DNA of 60,642 nt, counting the filler. It is 4 parts of 4 records of this genome, joined end to end, with 100 filler letters (N's around TTAATTAATTAA, not from the genome) between each part and the next. Parts side by side here need not be neighbours in the genome. Positions count along the whole stretch, not along the records: positions 45,551 to 60,642 come from DRR723986_23914; 3 more parts are not named here. One strand, 5' to 3'. Of this stretch, positions 59,152-60,642 are shown piece by piece. Each line of letters starts with the position of its first letter. The first letter of the stretch is position 1. The notes beneath the pieces are model-generated. The model saw only the letters and a list, made by a program, of their open reading frames with translations. It searched no databases and was not told where the DNA came from. The position numbers were made by a program, and so were the translations under genes.

Positions 59152-59868
59152 ATGTCCCGCACCGCCCGCCTATTCCAATTGATGCAAGTTCTACGCGCGC
59201 CACCGCAGCCAAAAACGGCTGAGGCAATGGCGCAGGATCTGGGCGTGTCCGCGCGCACGGTGCACCGTGATATCGATGCTCTGCGCGGCTTGGGTGCGGT
59301 GATTGATGGCGAGGCAGGGTATGGCTTTACCCTGATCGAAGACGCCACATTACCCCCGTTGGGGTTCACCAATGACGAGTTGGAGGCGCTGGTTCTGGGG
59401 TTGCGCGAGGTTGAACTGATTGGTGACCCGGAACTGGCCAAGGCCGCGGGTCAGGCGTTGCGCAAGCTCAAAGGGCGGTTGCCCCCACGGCAGTCGCACC
59501 GGTTGGCGCATGCCGTACTGTCTGCCACGCGGTTTGATCGACCGGCCCCTCCGGGGATTGAGGTCAGTCGATTGCGGCAAGCCACTTGGGATGAGCAGGT
59601 TGTGGCGCTTGACTATATCGACGCAAAGGGTGCCGTTACCACACGTCGGGTGAGCCCCCTGATCATTGTCTATATGGATCGGGCCAGCATGTTGATTGCC
59701 TGGTGCCACCTGCGGCGGGGTTTCCGGGCCTTTCGTCTGGATCGTATGCAGGCGTTAACCGTCACCGACGAAAGTTTTCGCCCCAACCGTGTACCATTGC
59801 TGCGTAAGGCGATGGATGGGATACGGGCCGAGCGTGCAAAAGTGGCCGCGGACAGCAAGGAGCAGTGA
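59152..59868 (+). CDS. YafY-family HTH-WYL transcriptional regulator
   Basis: MSRTARLFQL, LGVSARTVHRDI..L, GEAGYGF, LPPL.F..DE..AL and AWCHLR..FR.FRLDR. ATG at 59152 preferred. Confidence 0.92.
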   Translation: MSRTARLFQLMQVLRAPPQPKTAEAMAQDLGVSARTVHRDIDALRGLGAVIDGEAGYGFTLIEDATLPPLGFTNDELEALVLGLREVELIGDPELAKAAGQALRKLKGRLPPRQSHRLAHAVLSATRFDRPAPPGIEVSRLRQATWDEQVVALDYIDAKGAVTTRRVSPLIIVYMDRASMLIAWCHLRRGFRAFRLDRMQALTVTDESFRPNRVPLLRKAMDGIRAERAKVAADSKEQ

Positions 59869-59931
59869 GTGGGCGCTTTTGTCAGCCACGTATTCGCGGT
59901 AGGCTCGCACAACTAAAAAATTGAGGCATTT

Positions 59932-60642
59932 ATGAATCGTGTTTTGTTAAAAGGTACAGCGCTCGCTGCCAGCGTCACCGTTTCTGGTTTGACTGGATCG
60001 GTTGCCGCAGACAGTGTTGAGCGGTCTTTGCGTCCGGTAGAGCGCCCTTATTTAGGATCGTTGCAATTGGCATCTATTACCGTTGTTGAATCGCTCCGCC
60101 CGGTTTTGCGACCTGCGTCCCTTGGTCAGAAACCCATCAAAGTGGCTGCGGCTGACGGCGGGTTTCAGGATTGGATCGTCGATTTTCGCACTCGCGCTAT
60201 CGCGCAGGGGATTTCGATGGCGACGCTGAACCGGGCGTTCAAAGGGGTCCACTATGACCCCGAGGTAATCAAACGGGATCGGAACCAATCTGAATTCACC
60301 AAAACCATCTGGGACTATTTGGACAGTGCGGCCTCCCCCACTCGGATTCGCAATGGCCAAGCCGCCCTTAAGAAACACGACAAAACCCTGACCCGGGTCG
60401 AGGCCAAGTATGGCGTCGACAAAGAGGTGGTTCTGGCGATCTGGGGATTAGAGAGCGCATATGGCACCTTCAAAGGGTCCAAGGATGTCGTGCGTTCGCT
60501 GTCCACGCTGGCCTATGACGCACGGCGCAGTGCGTTTTTCGAACAGCAGTTGGTGGCCGCGCTAAAGATCCTGCAGGCTGGCGATGTGGACCCGCGCAAT
60601 ATGACTGGCAGTTGGGCCGGGGCCATGGGGCATACCCAGTTC
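59932..60642 (+). CDS. Lytic murein transglycosylase, MltB/SLT_2 family (runs off the window; not in ORF track)
   Basis: Manual translation gives DRNQSEFTKTIWDYLD, YGVDKEVVLAIWGLESAYG, SLSTLAYD.RR and GSWAGAMGHTQF. Confidence 0.93.
   Translation, partial: MNRVLLKGTALAASVTVSGLTGSVAADSVERSLRPVERPYLGSLQLASITVVESLRPVLRPASLGQKPIKVAAADGGFQDWIVDFRTRAIAQGISMATLNRAFKGVHYDPEVIKRDRNQSEFTKTIWDYLDSAASPTRIRNGQAALKKHDKTLTRVEAKYGVDKEVVLAIWGLESAYGTFKGSKDVVRSLSTLAYDARRSAFFEQQLVAALKILQAGDVDPRNMTGSWAGAMGHTQF

Overview
This window is not one locus. It is four unrelated contigs joined by artificial 100-nt spacers (44 N + TTAATTAATTAA + 44 N) at 23664-23763, 36321-36420 and 45451-45550, so gene neighbourhood means nothing across those joins. 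Contig A (1-23663) is AT-rich Bacteroidota housekeeping DNA with TAnnTTTG promoters: two S66 LD-carboxypeptidases, a GT2 and a polytopic membrane protein, NifU-like protein, saccharopine dehydrogenase, a HIRAN-like pair, asnS, udk, a large orphan histidine kinase, a cation/H+ antiporter, a rhomboid and the 3' end of glmS. Contig B (23764-36320) is an accessory region from an organism with a T9SS-type sorting domain: a 1805-aa beta-helix/beta-propeller surface protein flanked by octamer repeats, then four widely spaced lower-GC genes (DUF1737-like, two paralogous pentapeptide-repeat membrane proteins, a lipoprotein) with a recurring AGCCGGGTTAATA-type motif between them. Contig C (36421-45450) is alphaproteobacterial core DNA: proS, lolC/E, lolD, DUF1761, dnaE, NUDIX and rpsB with a long acidic and Lys/Ala-rich tail. 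Contig D (45551-60642) is Roseobacter-like: tdh, kbl, three Hint-domain genes around a GluR0-like channel, dapE operon, rnr, a WYL regulator with its operator, and a lytic transglycosylase. The best leads are the Hint cluster (two Cys-type proteins plus a probably inactive partner and a channel with a non-canonical filter) and the motif-punctuated island in contig B. No tRNA, rRNA, CRISPR array, transposase or integrase was seen. All family calls come from motifs recognised by eye, not from database searches.
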